A DNA stretch of 63,618 nt, counting the filler, from Corallochytrium limacisporum Hawaii (taxonomy: Eukaryota; Protista; Pluriformea): the NCBI GenBank assembly GCA_002811645.1. It is 3 parts of 2 records of this genome, joined end to end, with 100 filler letters (N's around TTAATTAATTAA, not from the genome) between each part and the next. Parts side by side here need not be neighbours in the genome. Positions count along the whole stretch, not along the records: positions 1 to 29,489 come from PDIP01000121.1; positions 29,590 to 59,533 come from PDIP01000039.1; 1 more part is not named here. One strand, 5' to 3'. Shown here piece after piece: positions 26,497-38,004 of this stretch (position 1 is the stretch's first letter; each line of letters starts with the position of its first letter). The translations under genes and the position numbers were made by a program. Below the pieces are notes generated by a model. That model had not been told where the DNA came from, made no database searches, and saw nothing but the letters and a program-made list of their open reading frames with translations.

Positions 26497-26520
26497 CCGG
26501 GGGGGGGGGGGGGGGGGGGG
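26450..26520. repeat. C46 homopolymer followed by G22 homopolymer
   Basis: C run 26450-26495, GCC, then G run 26499-26520; possibly an assembly artefact. Confidence 0.9.
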
Positions 26521-27289
26521 AGGAGGGGAGGGGACAAGGCCTCCTCGGAAAGAGGGGGTTTCCCCGTTCCAGGGCCCCGGAGGACTAAGCTAGAGAGCGC
26601 ATCATTTCTGCTACGTGGAGAGACGTAGTGAGCAGTGCACCAGTCACATCTTTCTCCCTTCTTTCCCCCTTTGGAAAGGAGAAATTGTGCACCTGCCGGT
26701 CCCAACTGTTTGCTGTTCAATGGGCGGACGGGGAGGAAAGGGATGTGAGGTCCCAACCATAACACTAGATACTCTTCACTCAGTTGAGAGCGTTCCATCT
26801 ACTGAGCCTCCCCTTTCCCCCTCCCCCTTTCCCTTCTCGTTCCTCCTTCCTTTCTGGTCTATTCAACTGAGTGCCATGCTCTGGATGTGTGCTAGTTTGT
26901 AGCGCTTTGCGCAGGTGGCATCGTAATGCGGATGACAAGAGAAGGAATGCAAATGAGGGGGGAAAAGAGAGAGAGGAGGGGAAGGGCCGCGGGGGAAGAA
27001 GAGGGCACCAAGGAAAGGGGGGGGGGGAAGGGTGTGCCGTGCGTATGCGTACCCTCTAGTGCTCTCCGCGAGAGTGCGTATGGAGTGTACGTGTACTAAT
27101 CTGCCTTGCGTTCAGCTCAATGTAATTTTGGTGTGGAGCATGGAGTGCAACTATCAGGTAAGGAAGGCGAGAGTGGTTTTGGAAGAATGCTGGAGGCCAA
27201 GGGAGGGGCCATTGATCTCACCGGGGAATTTTCAGCCTCCTCCACAGGCCCCCTCCCTCCCCTCCGGGCTTTCCGAAACAAAAAAGCCA

Positions 27290-28135
27290 GAGCTCCACGA
27301 CGACCCCGCGGTGTTTCCCTCACCTGGTTTCTCGATTTCAGTGGCAAAGATGGATTTGAGATCTCATCTCGCACGCTGAACTTGGAGATGACTACATACG
27401 TACAGTACCAGATGGAAAAGGCCAATCCCGGGAGAGGACTTTCGGCAATTAGTTGTACAGGTGGAGCTTCCAAACCTCTGATCAAAAGATCATGAGATGA
27501 CGATTGATTGTTGTGCTTGTGTTTCACGGGCCGAAGGTGCCGGCGAGGCAAAGGGAGGAAACGAGAAGAGGGATTCGCGAACTCGGTCACGGTATATGTT
27601 GTACCACAGCCATTGACCCACAATGCAAAGAGTTCCAAAACTTTCGTCTGTTCTTTGTGAGACCACATGAACCAAATTTAGGAAACTTTTCCGATTGCGG
27701 GAGTGGAGAGGGAGTGGAGAATAGAGGAGGGGGAGATTCGAGAAAGTGGCTAGACAGTCGCGCGCGAGTTCGAATACGCCTGTACGTCCGTACGGGAAGA
27801 AGTAGGTAGTACAAGCACGAAGGCACGTCAAGGGGAAAGGGAGGAAGGAAACGGCTTGCTGCTCCTCGCCCTTCCGGGGGCTCCGGACGCCCTGAGGGGG
27901 TGGAAGCGATGTTTGAGGGGGTGGAAGGAAACTGGAGGAGTATAATCCAAAACGCACACCAACTTGCCCGTTCCGGGGAGGCGCCATCCTTATGTAGTGT
28001 ATTCGTGATATTAGGAAGGCAGCGTTGGTGAACAAATGAAGATTGCACGATAAAAACAATACCCACAATCGCAGAGGCTTGGGATGCCTCGCCATGTCAG
28101 AAACTCACGGCCCAAGCAGCTCATGTACGGGCTCA
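27290..28135 (+). mobile_element. Possible heavily decayed non-LTR retrotransposon (RTE-like) reverse-transcriptase C-terminal relic
   Basis: Collinear fragments in different frames resemble the RTE motifs in brackets: ELHDDPAVF (LFADD), RTLNLEMT (GLxINxxKT), VTVYVVPQPL (VYxxxVxPxL) and QRLGMPRHVRNSRPKQLMYG (RLRWxGHVxRMxxxRxPKQLLYG). Confidence 0.3.
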
Positions 28136-28650
28136 AAGATTTGAGTTCTAGTATACTATATTGCGAACTGCTTTGTCCGGATCAGGGGCCCTGGGTCATT
28201 CCCGGCCGGAGACGGGACGCCGAATCCGCAATCATTGTCATGCATGTCCGATCGGTTCGAAAGGTGTGTTGTTGGCTCAGATACTGTGGGGGAACCGAGC
28301 ATCTGACAAGGTATCAAGAGGACAAGGAGTGGTGGAGCGAAAGGAATAAAGGAAAATGTGAGGAAATGACGAGTATTATGATTTGTCCCCGAGAGTATCT
28401 GATGGACATCCACTACTCGAGTCAAATTAGATGGCAATCGAGATTTCCGTCTTTTGACCCTTCAAAATGAACGAGAACGACGTCAGTTGATGATGACCGA
28501 GACAAGAAGGATCAAGTGAGCATACCTGATACAGTTACACAATCACTCACACACCCTGACACTGACACAGTCTCAGACACTGAAACAGATTCTACCATGG
28601 GCACATAGACACGCACACACACACAGGGAGGGAGAGCGAGAGAGAGGCAG

Positions 28651-28687
<37 letters not shown>

Positions 28688-29489
28688 CTCAGACGAAGAC
28701 AGTGAGAGAGAGGCGGACAAAACCACAGTAGCCGTGGACGGCTGATACAGGGGACACGAGCCCACTAACACAACAAGACATAGACAAGTGATCCCTTTAT
28801 TTGTCAGCGGAAGAATCACAGTATGCAAAGAACATTTGGGTGCGACCGTATTTGGAGGAGGATTTCCATACTCTTTGTTATGAAGTGTTGGATGGGCTGA
28901 CAGAGACGGAGGGAATCAGAGAAACCTCTAGATTTCATTCTGACGCAGACGCCGCAGCGTGACTAACGGGTTAGCTCCTTTGATGTGTTTGGAATGTACC
29001 TTGGCACTTCCATAGATTCCGCGAGGGGCCATACAGAACAAATATAAGGGGCATCCGGTTTCGACAGACACGACGTGCTCAATGAGTAACACCATTTCCC
29101 TTTTTCCCCGCGCGGAAGCGGTAAAACGGAATGTTCTGTCTTTTTCACCCGTTCAAATAATAAGCAGGACGCAAACGGGTATTCAATGCAAGTCATAGGA
29201 ATCCGCTACATTTCGGGACCCAATATATGTAACTCTTGGCTTTGAAAGAATTATTAGGTGCCCCAGGCACCAAGTCCGGAAACTATTAGCAAGCAGTGAA
29301 ATGTGTCTGTATTCCATTGACTGCTGCCGCTCACAGGGGACATACATGAATGTTGGCCCAACAATTGTTACTTGTAGTAAGCACTTCTTGGAGAATAATA
29401 CTATCCTCTGAGTTGAATGTATACTCCGTATCCAACCAAAATTTTCGTTCGAAAATATATACCGGATCGTGATTTATATGATTATTTAT

Positions 29490-29589
29490 NNNNNNNNNNN
29501 NNNNNNNNNNNNNNNNNNNNNNNNNNNNNNNNNTTAATTAATTAANNNNNNNNNNNNNNNNNNNNNNNNNNNNNNNNNNNNNNNNNNNN
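29490..29589. other. Artificial scaffold linker (44 N + TTAATTAATTAA + 44 N)
   Basis: Exactly 100 nt with a stop-codon 12-mer in the middle; an identical construct occurs at 59534-59633. Confidence 0.97.
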
Positions 29590-30266
29590 TTTTTTGTTGA
29601 ACACCGGTTTTTCGAAATTCTGCACTTTTTTATTGAACAGAGGTTGGTACTTAATGGATAGAGGGTTTTAGAGGTCCGTGTGAATGCCGGACAGGAATTC
29701 TCCACGGTACCTCTTTCCATGGCAGGCTCATACTTCCCGGTGTGCAGACAATGGTGTGGCAGGCGCTTTTCGTAGCGCAGCTCATTCTCCCTAAATCTAT
29801 GCCTGTGACAGTTGTGCGCCGAAGCCACGTAGATTTGGAAAAAGCGCCGAAGAGGATAGCGGCGACCGGCCGTAGTGAAACTACCGCAACCGTCGGCGTG
29901 GCTGGGGTGGAAACAAAGGGGCACCCAGGCGCCCCTTTGTACCCAAGACACTGGGAGCTCGCACTACGCCATCGATGCACACGGGTCAAGAAGAGGTTTG
30001 GAAGCACGACGGGCTCGCTGTCAAACATCGAATTAAGTACGATTTGGTACGTGTTGATCGTCTTTCTAAGTGAGCCAGCTTGGTTCATATGTACGCAGGT
30101 TGGACATGCTCATAAATGTCACCGGGTACGTGTGAATGCACAACTCCAGCTCAGCACACCTTTCAAGCTATTTGTGAGACGACGCTTCATCCCGTGATTT
30201 CCCAACGGGCTTGTCATAGTCACAACATATTTTACTGAAAATCGGGCGGGTTCCCTTTTAGCAAAC

Positions 30267-31460
30267 ATGGCTGAGTCGTTTTCCTCTACATCCAGTGAGT
30301 CTGGCGATCCCCAGTGGAAACTCTCTACTCAGATCGTCACTCTCGATAAGGATGACAAGGATCCGTACAACCCCGCCAGTGTTCCAATCTACCAAAGTGC
30401 CACTTTCAAGCAGACCAGTGCCACTCAGATGGGTGAATATGATTACAGTCGGTCAGGAAACCCCACCAGGACCATGGCTGAGCGCCATCTGGCCAAGCTC
30501 TGTGCTGCCAAGAAAGCGTTTCTGGTTAGCTCCGGTATGACCGCTCTCGATATCATCACTCGACTTGTGAACCCGGGTCAGGAAATCATTGCCGGTACTG
30601 ACGTGTACGGTGGCACCAACCGCCTCCTTACTTTCCTGAAGAGCAAGAAGATTGATACGGTTCACGTCGATACGTGCGACACTAATGCTGTGGAACGGGC
30701 TATCACTCCAAACACTCGTATGCTGCTGCTGGAGACACCCACCAACCCTTTGATTCGTGTCTGCGATCTGCGTCGCATGGCTGAGATTTGTAAGGATCGG
30801 GGAATTATTACCGTCGTCGACAACACCATGATGAGCGAGTATCTGCAACGACCTCTGGAACTCGGATTGGATATTGTGTATCACTCTGGCACCAAGTACC
30901 TGTCCGGCCACCATGACCTAATGGCCGGTGTGATTGCGACCGCCGACGAGGACTTGGCTCAGCAGATCTATTTCTGCATCAATGCCGTCGGTTGTGGTCT
31001 CCCTCCCTTCGACTGCTGGCTGCTTCTGCGTGGTATCAAGACCCTGAGTGTGCGCTTGGATCGCCAGGAAGAGAACGCCATGAAGATTGCCAACTGGCTG
31101 GTGTCCAAAGGTTTGAATGTGAACTATCCTGGTCTGAAGAGCCATCCTGACTATGAGCTGCATTGGAGCCAGGCCCGCGGTGCGGGTGCCGTACTCTCAT
31201 TCACTACTGGATCGACCATGGTGAGCCAACAGATTGTAGAAGCTTGCCGGCTGTTCAGCATTTCGGTGAGCTTCGGATGTGTGAACTCTCTGATCTCCAT
31301 GCCATGTCGTATGTCCCACGCATCAATCCCGGCTGAGGTACGCAAGGAGCGTGCTCTTCCAGAAGACCTCATTCGTCTGTGCATCGGTATCGAAGATGCT
31401 GACGATTTGATTGCCGATCTAGAGCATGCACTGATCAAGGCCAACGTGCTGGATGAGTAG
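30267..31460 (+). CDS. Cystathionine beta-lyase (Cys/Met PLP-dependent family, fungal STR3-like)
   Basis: PIYQSATFKQ, YDYSRSGNPTR, ETPTNP, VDNTMMS, the PLP-lysine motif HSGTKYLSGHHDLMAG, and SVSFGCVNSLISMPCRMSHASIP. Confidence 0.93.
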   Translation: MAESFSSTSSESGDPQWKLSTQIVTLDKDDKDPYNPASVPIYQSATFKQTSATQMGEYDYSRSGNPTRTMAERHLAKLCAAKKAFLVSSGMTALDIITRLVNPGQEIIAGTDVYGGTNRLLTFLKSKKIDTVHVDTCDTNAVERAITPNTRMLLLETPTNPLIRVCDLRRMAEICKDRGIITVVDNTMMSEYLQRPLELGLDIVYHSGTKYLSGHHDLMAGVIATADEDLAQQIYFCINAVGCGLPPFDCWLLLRGIKTLSVRLDRQEENAMKIANWLVSKGLNVNYPGLKSHPDYELHWSQARGAGAVLSFTTGSTMVSQQIVEACRLFSISVSFGCVNSLISMPCRMSHASIPAEVRKERALPEDLIRLCIGIEDADDLIADLEHALIKANVLDE

Positions 31461-31648
31461 ATTCCCATCGATCCCTGGCATATCAAAACAATTATCATTC
31501 TTTCCAATTTTAGATCCCATATTTCGTAATAGAACATTCGTAGCATTTTTGCTATTTATACATGACTAGTTTCTTTAATAATGTTTGACGATGATGATAA
31601 TGTTGATGTCTCATGATCACACTGTGTGTATGGAAATATTGACCGCAG

Positions 31649-32479
31649 TTAAAAGTTGAAACCGGCCATGCCTGAGTAGAACATAACCCCAGGACTGTAA
31701 AAGTGTTCCATGGACTTGCTCAGGGCACTGCGGCGGTCAGTTATGTTGGCCCAAAAGTTATCAGCAAGGGAAGAGAATGCAACCTGCTGAGACCTGGAAT
31801 TGGAGTTGAGCCACTTGATGGGGAACCATTCCTTGTCCATACTCTCCTTTGCATGCGAGGTCCTCTCCTTGGAATCGTCGACCGCAAGGAAATGTGCCTG
31901 GGTTTCATAGTCATGCCCGATATCACCAAGAGACATACCACTCTTCTTCCATTTCATGAGGGCATTGGCTTTTCGACAGTCCTTGATGATTTCCTCGTCG
32001 ATCTTTCGACCCTGTGCAGTCTGGGTGCGGTACTGCCGAGCAGCGTATGCCTGGACAAATGAGCCCATGGGGAACCAGCTCGGCATCAGAAGATCCGCTT
32101 TCTGGTAGAAAAGAGTCTTGTTTGGGTCGTCCGGATCCTCCGTATACTCAGCGACTTCCACACATTCTACCGCGGAAGAATATGTGAGGTTTCGAGACGT
32201 CAACTTCATCCACTTCTCCTTTTCATTGATGACCGCGCTTTGTGAAAACATAACTTCCTGCAATCCAAAAAAGCGCAGTAGCCATTGGGGTGCCTCCGGC
32301 TTCATGCCACAATGTCTTGTAATGTATTCAACGTCACCTTCTTTCCTGTGCTCAATCACTTTTGCGTTGAGTAGCATAGGTACCCGAGGATGAGTGGGGA
32401 ATCTAACATAGTAAGATACCGCAACCAGCAGCCAAGGGCTGTGGTATGTGTAAAACATGGTTTCGGTGTCTTCACCCAT
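31649..32479 (-). CDS. PRELI/MSF1-domain lipid-transfer protein (SEC14L1/real-time-type PRELI, stand-alone)
   Basis: YHSPWLLVAVSYYVRFPTHPRVP, EAPQWLLRF, SRNLTYSS and YTEDPDDPNKTLFYQKADL follow the PRELI pattern; accATGG start. Confidence 0.85.
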   Translation of the reverse strand: MGEDTETMFYTYHSPWLLVAVSYYVRFPTHPRVPMLLNAKVIEHRKEGDVEYITRHCGMKPEAPQWLLRFFGLQEVMFSQSAVINEKEKWMKLTSRNLTYSSAVECVEVAEYTEDPDDPNKTLFYQKADLLMPSWFPMGSFVQAYAARQYRTQTAQGRKIDEEIIKDCRKANALMKWKKSGMSLGDIGHDYETQAHFLAVDDSKERTSHAKESMDKEWFPIKWLNSNSRSQQVAFSSLADNFWANITDRRSALSKSMEHFYSPGVMFYSGMAGFNF

Positions 32480-35381
32480 GGTGTCTTTCTTTCTAGAACT
32501 TCTAAATTACACTATGACTTCTACAACTATTCTACCGCTTCACGAAGCAGGTACTAGAACTCACCAAACCATATCAAGGAGTGATAGGCTGCGTCAGATT
32601 AATGGCATATCTTAGCGTCCAAAAAGCAATGTTCAGAGTTTGCATTATGATGACAATGAAATACCATATAGAAAAAGGGAATAGAATACCATGGGCTGCA
32701 CCCATTATCCACATAGCGTACGTACACACTCTCGCGTACGCGGTCACAGGCCAGAGCGCGCCTCCTGCACACGCGCACATTCCACTGTAAGTGATATAGG
32801 CGGCAGACACGCGAGGTACTCTCTCTTCCAAACAAAGCTGCATTGCCCAGAGAGAACCGCCGCTCCCGACAGCTCTGTTCTCCCACCTTCCCCAGATCCT
32901 CACCACGCGATCCGAAACGGTCGAAGGTGAGATTAGCCGCTGATCGCACACATTCCCCATAGAAAACTCATGGTGTACGAGGAGGCGGTGTGTGCGAGTG
33001 GTGGTCAGCAAGCGAAGACCAAAGACCGAACAAAATCCCAAACAAAAACGACACGAAAAAAAAGAAAGAAGAAACCCACACGCAACCAAAAATTCCCAAG
33101 CCCTGCCCTAGCCGGAGGTGCCGTGCTGCGGGAGCCCGGGGAGTCGGGTGCGCCGTTGTGTGAAGGGGGGGGGGGGGTTGCGTGTGTGTCTGTTTGAGTG
33201 TGTGAGTGTGAGTGTCTGCTCCGGCAAAGGCTCCGGGTTGGGAGGATAGCCCAGCTTTGGAGGCTGTGTCCCCTCCCCCCCCCCCCGGTTCTTAATCCGC
33301 CAGTTTCAGCGGTATTGATACCCTAGTTCGTGGGCATTCGTGATCTGGGGCACTGTACTTTCAATATAGGTGTGGCAGGATCGGGGAAGAGGGGAGAGGG
33401 ACCAGGGGGGGAGATCCTTTGTACTTTGGTGAGTCCAAGCAGGGCCCTTTGTGGGCAAAAAAAAAAGACTGCCAGACCCGCACCAAGGACGCGTGCAGTC
33501 AAGTCCCAGTGTGTTCCCCCCATAGTGGCCAGTATCAATTATATTGACACGAACAGAAGTCGGACAGATTACGCGTGTGTGTGTGTATCCTTAACACAAA
33601 GAAAGGAGTCAGTCTCTCTCTCTCTCTCTCTTTCGGCTCGCGGGCGGGCAAGGCAATAAAAAAGGGGGCAGTTCACAGATATGGATACATTACCGCTGGC
33701 CCGGGTTGTCTCGGGAAGCACTCCTTTTCACTCTCACTCTTCTCCCTCCTCGGCCCCGGGGAAAATACCCTAAAATTACGGGGGACGAACTGCAAAATCT
33801 ACCGCTAACTTTCCCAGTTCGCTCCGGTTGCTGCACTCCCCGCGTGCTCAATCAATCACTCCATCCATGCCACCGTTGCGCAAAAAGCCCCCCCCCCCGG
33901 GGGAGGTCTGCAGAGGGCACACTGATCAATCACCCTTAAAAGTCCCTTCTTCACTTGGGAACCCCCCCCCCAGGGGAGGAAGGGATTTTATATTTCCAAG
34001 GCCCTTGGCCAGCGGGTACCGGTGCTGGCCACCGTTGTGTTGAACGGAGGGAAATTTCCCTTTTACAATGCGCGGCCCCCCCCCCTCCCTTCCCTTTGTC
34101 CTTTGACTACCAACCAAGTCCTAGTGCTCACCCCGCCCTCTCCCGTGACAAAAATGTTTAATCCGAATAATTGTTGTTTTGCTTAGTTAGGGTATTCAGG
34201 TAATACTACTCCCACCAGGAACAGGCCGGGGAACAGGAGGCTTAGGCGCTACCCAGGGAGAGATGGGTGAGACAGGGGGGGGGTGAGTGGGTTGTTGTCC
34301 TGGGTTGTTGTCCTCTGCTGAGAAATATCGTTGGCACTGCTTCGGTAGAAAAACCCTGCTGGAGCGAGCTGTCCGCTTTGTTTCCCTGTGGGCCATTGAA
34401 CAAACGCGGAAAGGGAGACAATTTTCCGGGCGAAACTCGAATCAATGGAATAGGGCAGAACACCAAGCGCTCCAGACTTTGGCGCGGGAAACTCAAATTT
34501 TTCTCTGTTTCGCAGTTTTCAGCGGGGAGAAAAGAAAATGGGGAGCGGGGGGGTGGAAGCGGGGGAGAACAGGGAGTGTGTGTGCCCCGGGCTAGAAATA
34601 AGGCGGACTCAAAAGCCTGCCAACCTACCGTGAGCAGGGCGACTTGATCTGCTCGGGGTAAGCTGCCCCCGGAGGAGATCGGACACTGGGATAAACCAGA
34701 ATACAGACATGAAATGTTGCGTTGAGATTCGTATAGAAAGTAGAACATAAGAGTGCCTTGATTCCGATCGGGACCATTCGTCGTGCCCACTTTGACCTCC
34801 GCCCCGCTCGCCTCTTCCACAAAGCCCTGCGGAATCGCCCAATACTTTCCCTCCCAATACCCTTGCCACCGGCCCCAAATACCGGCCGCCGTACCCGAGT
34901 TTTTTGAGAGGGAGGGAAAAAAGTCCAAAATATTCTCCCCACATCGTCCATACTGAGCGGTTGAGACCCGTACGGAGAGACCGGTTTCGCAGCAATGGGG
35001 GGGCAGGGGCCGTCCGAGCAAGACATTCGGAAAGTGCGCCGCCAATACTGTCTGGTGCTATGGTCTCGGATCGGTCTCTACTGGGTCTCAATGTTTTGGT
35101 CTCTCGTTACCTTGCACAGTAGGACGCTTTCCTTGACAGCGTTTACCATTCGATGAACCTCTCATGTGCAGGTATATGGCGAAATGACAGTTCTGATCTT
35201 GACAATACGTGTACATGATCCAAAAACGCATAGAGCTGTGCCAAGAGGGCAAGTTCCGACTGGGGTCGTTATACTTTTTCGGGTAAAGAAATCCTCTGGT
35301 ATTGAGGAATAGTTATCTGCGTATCAGCTCCCGGGAAGTGTGATACATCAACGTCGTACTCAAACAGATAACTTGTTCACA

Positions 35382-36696
35382 ATGACGACGCGGACAAGGG
35401 TAAGTAGACCTACAATGCGCTTTGTGTGAACCTTTTCTTTGTACTTGGAACCGTACGACTAACCAGACAGTTGTCTCCGTCAAAATTTTTTACTAACAGT
35501 CTCAGGGATTGTCCCAAAACAACACAGAAAACGAAGCTCTGCGGGCAGGTAAGACCATGGTGAACACTCGGCAGAACCGTCGTGCGCTCGGTGACCTGGG
35601 CAACGTCCGGGCCAAGGCTGCTCCCGTGCAGAAGGAACAGCTCAGCCATGTTACCGGCCGCAAGCGTACAGATTCTCCCGCTTTTATGGAAACGAAGAAG
35701 GCGAAGATTGCTGAGTCAGAGGACGTGATCGACCTGGCCAGCCCTGAGCGGGCCAAGGAGGAACAGCAAGTTGAGGAGGCCAAGGAGAAGAGTACCCCAT
35801 TCTGGGCTCCTATTCGCTTCGAAGGATACCCTGAAGGTCTCGAAGACATTGATCGTTTTGACCGTAACAATGAGATGTTTTGCACTGATTATGTGAATGA
35901 AGTGTACATTTGCATCCACCGTATGGAGAAGGATTTTAAGGTCGAGGACTACATGGGCTACCAACCTGCCATTAAGCCCCGCATGCGTGCCATTCTGGTC
36001 GACTGGTTGGTCGACGTGCACATCAAGTTCAAGCTCCTGGCTGAGACTCTGTACCTCACTGTTAACATCATTGACCGGTACCTGGAGCGCCGTGAATGCG
36101 AGAAGAACCATTTGCAGCTCGTTGGCGTCACAGCCATGCTGATTGCCTCAAAGTACGAGGAGATTTTTCCCCCGGAGGTCAACGACTTTGTGTGGATGAC
36201 CGACCAGGCCTACAGTAGCCGGCAGATTCTTGAGAAGGAACACGAGATGATTCAGGTTCTGGACTTCGCCTTTGGTGACCCTCTACCACCTCATTTCCTG
36301 CGTCGCTGCAGCAAGAGTGTCATGGCTGACGCCCTTACTCACACCATGGCAAAGTATATCATGGAGCTTTCTCTGATTGACTACAAGTTTATTCACTTCC
36401 TGAAATCTGAGATTGCTGCGGCCAGTCTGTGGCTGTCCATTCACATCCTGAACGTGGCCGAGTGGAACGATACTACGACCTACTATAGTCGGTATGAAGA
36501 GCACGAGATCAAAGAGTGTATCCTTGCTCTGGTCCAGGCCGTGCGAGACGCAATGAGCCCATCATCCAAGTTTAAGGCTGTGTACAAGAAGTACCAAGCC
36601 ACTCGCTTCGGTAAGATCGCCCAGTACGAAGGTATCCATGACTTTGTAGATGCCTTTGAATCCAATATGATCCCAGACGGGCCGCAGGAGAGTTAA
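35382..36696 (+). CDS. B-type mitotic cyclin; 18-nt first coding exon 35382-35399, intron from 35400 to 35499 or 35505
   Basis: D-box RRALGDLGN; cyclin box MRAILVDWLVDVHIKFKLLAETLYL and LQLVGVTAMLIASKYEE. acaATG exon, GTAAGT donor and TACTAAC branch point join in frame. An alternative start is ATG 35557. Confidence 0.93.
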
Positions 36697-36836
36697 CTTT
36701 ATGTCATTCAGTCTTGTCAAGTAGACTTGGAGCCTAAACTGTCCCCGTCAAGAAAGATCCTCATTCTTCAACATGGCAACATATAATATAGCATAATGAC
36801 TTCATACCTATAAACATGATTGTGGTCTAGTGTATT

Positions 36837-37715
36837 TTACTTCTTGTCATTAACGCTCCCAAAGATCGTGCTCGTCATATCCCGCCGTGGACCCATTGGT
36901 GGCTTGACCATGGCAAGGGCGACCCGAGCGTATTCGCTATTTGCAAGCCCCATCTTCCGAAGGCGCTGCTCGAGGCGGACTCGCTGGTCTTTCATTATTT
37001 GATCCGTAGTGTATGAGTTGGGCACCACGGCATCTATCCCTAGGCGATCGTTTTGCCGCAGTTTGATGTCCTCCCTTTGCATTCTCTCCTCAATCAGGCG
37101 CACATTCCAAGCAGTCGTCGGGGCTTTTGAGCGTATCCAGTCTGTCAAAGCACGTACCCCCACTGACCCGGCCAGTTTGTTAAGCGACTTGGTTCGTCGC
37201 TGCCGGTCTGCCTCCTGCTGAGCCACCTTGCGTTGATGTTCCGCTTTCTTTTCGCAGTCAATCTTGTATCGTTGCTGAACCCGTTGTTGATTGACTCTCA
37301 TTTGCTCGGCTCTTCTCCTCTGTACCTGGATAATGCGAAGCTGCTCGAGTTCTGTTTGCCTGTCCTTGTCAAGCTGCATGCGAAAACGATACTTGGCAAT
37401 GTCTGCCTTGATCTTCTTAGGCCGTAGCTCCTCCGCCATGCGCAGCTTTTCAAGTCTGGCTTCTGCTTCCGCATGCTTCTGACGCTGTTGCATGTTCCTA
37501 AGCCTCTTCAGGTCCGCCCGACACGTTTGGATCCTCCTGTGAGCCTTTTGCAATGCCTTTCGCTCCTTCTCTTCCGCTAGTCGAGAGCTGACATAGATGA
37601 GCATCCCCTGCGACAGGGACTCAAATTGCTGGCGATAGCTCCGCTGGAGAGTCTTCAGTTGGCTACGGTACGCCTTGTATGTGAGTACACACAGTGCCAC
37701 CAGGTCCGCGTATAG
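36837..37715 (-). CDS. CCDC148: CCDC148-like coiled-coil protein, 5' end unresolved
   Basis: Long charged coiled coil ending YTTDQIMKDQRVRLEQRLRKMGLANSEYARVAL...PPMGPRRDMTSTIF, which matches the recalled CCDC148 C-terminus. The frame is closed upstream by TAA at 37716-37718 in noisy sequence. Confidence 0.75.
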   Translation of the reverse strand, partial: LYADLVALCVLTYKAYRSQLKTLQRSYRQQFESLSQGMLIYVSSRLAEEKERKALQKAHRRIQTCRADLKRLRNMQQRQKHAEAEARLEKLRMAEELRPKKIKADIAKYRFRMQLDKDRQTELEQLRIIQVQRRRAEQMRVNQQRVQQRYKIDCEKKAEHQRKVAQQEADRQRRTKSLNKLAGSVGVRALTDWIRSKAPTTAWNVRLIEERMQREDIKLRQNDRLGIDAVVPNSYTTDQIMKDQRVRLEQRLRKMGLANSEYARVALAMVKPPMGPRRDMTSTIFGSVNDKK

Positions 37716-37979
37716 TTATCCGTGGCGCACTCCCTTCAGAAGCTGGTTTGTGGCCACACGGGAAACGGGGTTGAAGGGGTGAAAAGGGGAAGCCGGAGAG
37801 ACGGTGACGGGTGTGTCCAAGTGCGAACGTACGGTGACCCAAAACACAGAAATTTGACACCATTTGATTCAACTAGATATTTAGGCCGCAATCAGAACTA
37901 GGGACCCTTCCAGCATCACACCCTCCTTTGAGTTGAGGACAAGGGACCAAGGGCTGTTGTCAACCTAAGAACTAGGGCG

Positions 37980-38004
37980 AGTTATTGCTAAGTTAGCAAT
38001 AACT
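37980..38004. repeat. Perfect 12-bp inverted repeat with 1-nt spacer (AGTTATTGCTAA-G-TTAGCAATAACT)
   Basis: The arms at 37980-37991 and 37993-38004 are exact reverse complements. Confidence 0.9.

Noticed and set aside
26271-26798. Poly-Pro/poly-Gly ORFs resembling formin or WASP segments
   Set aside because: They derive only from the C46/G22 homopolymers, with no flanking domain.
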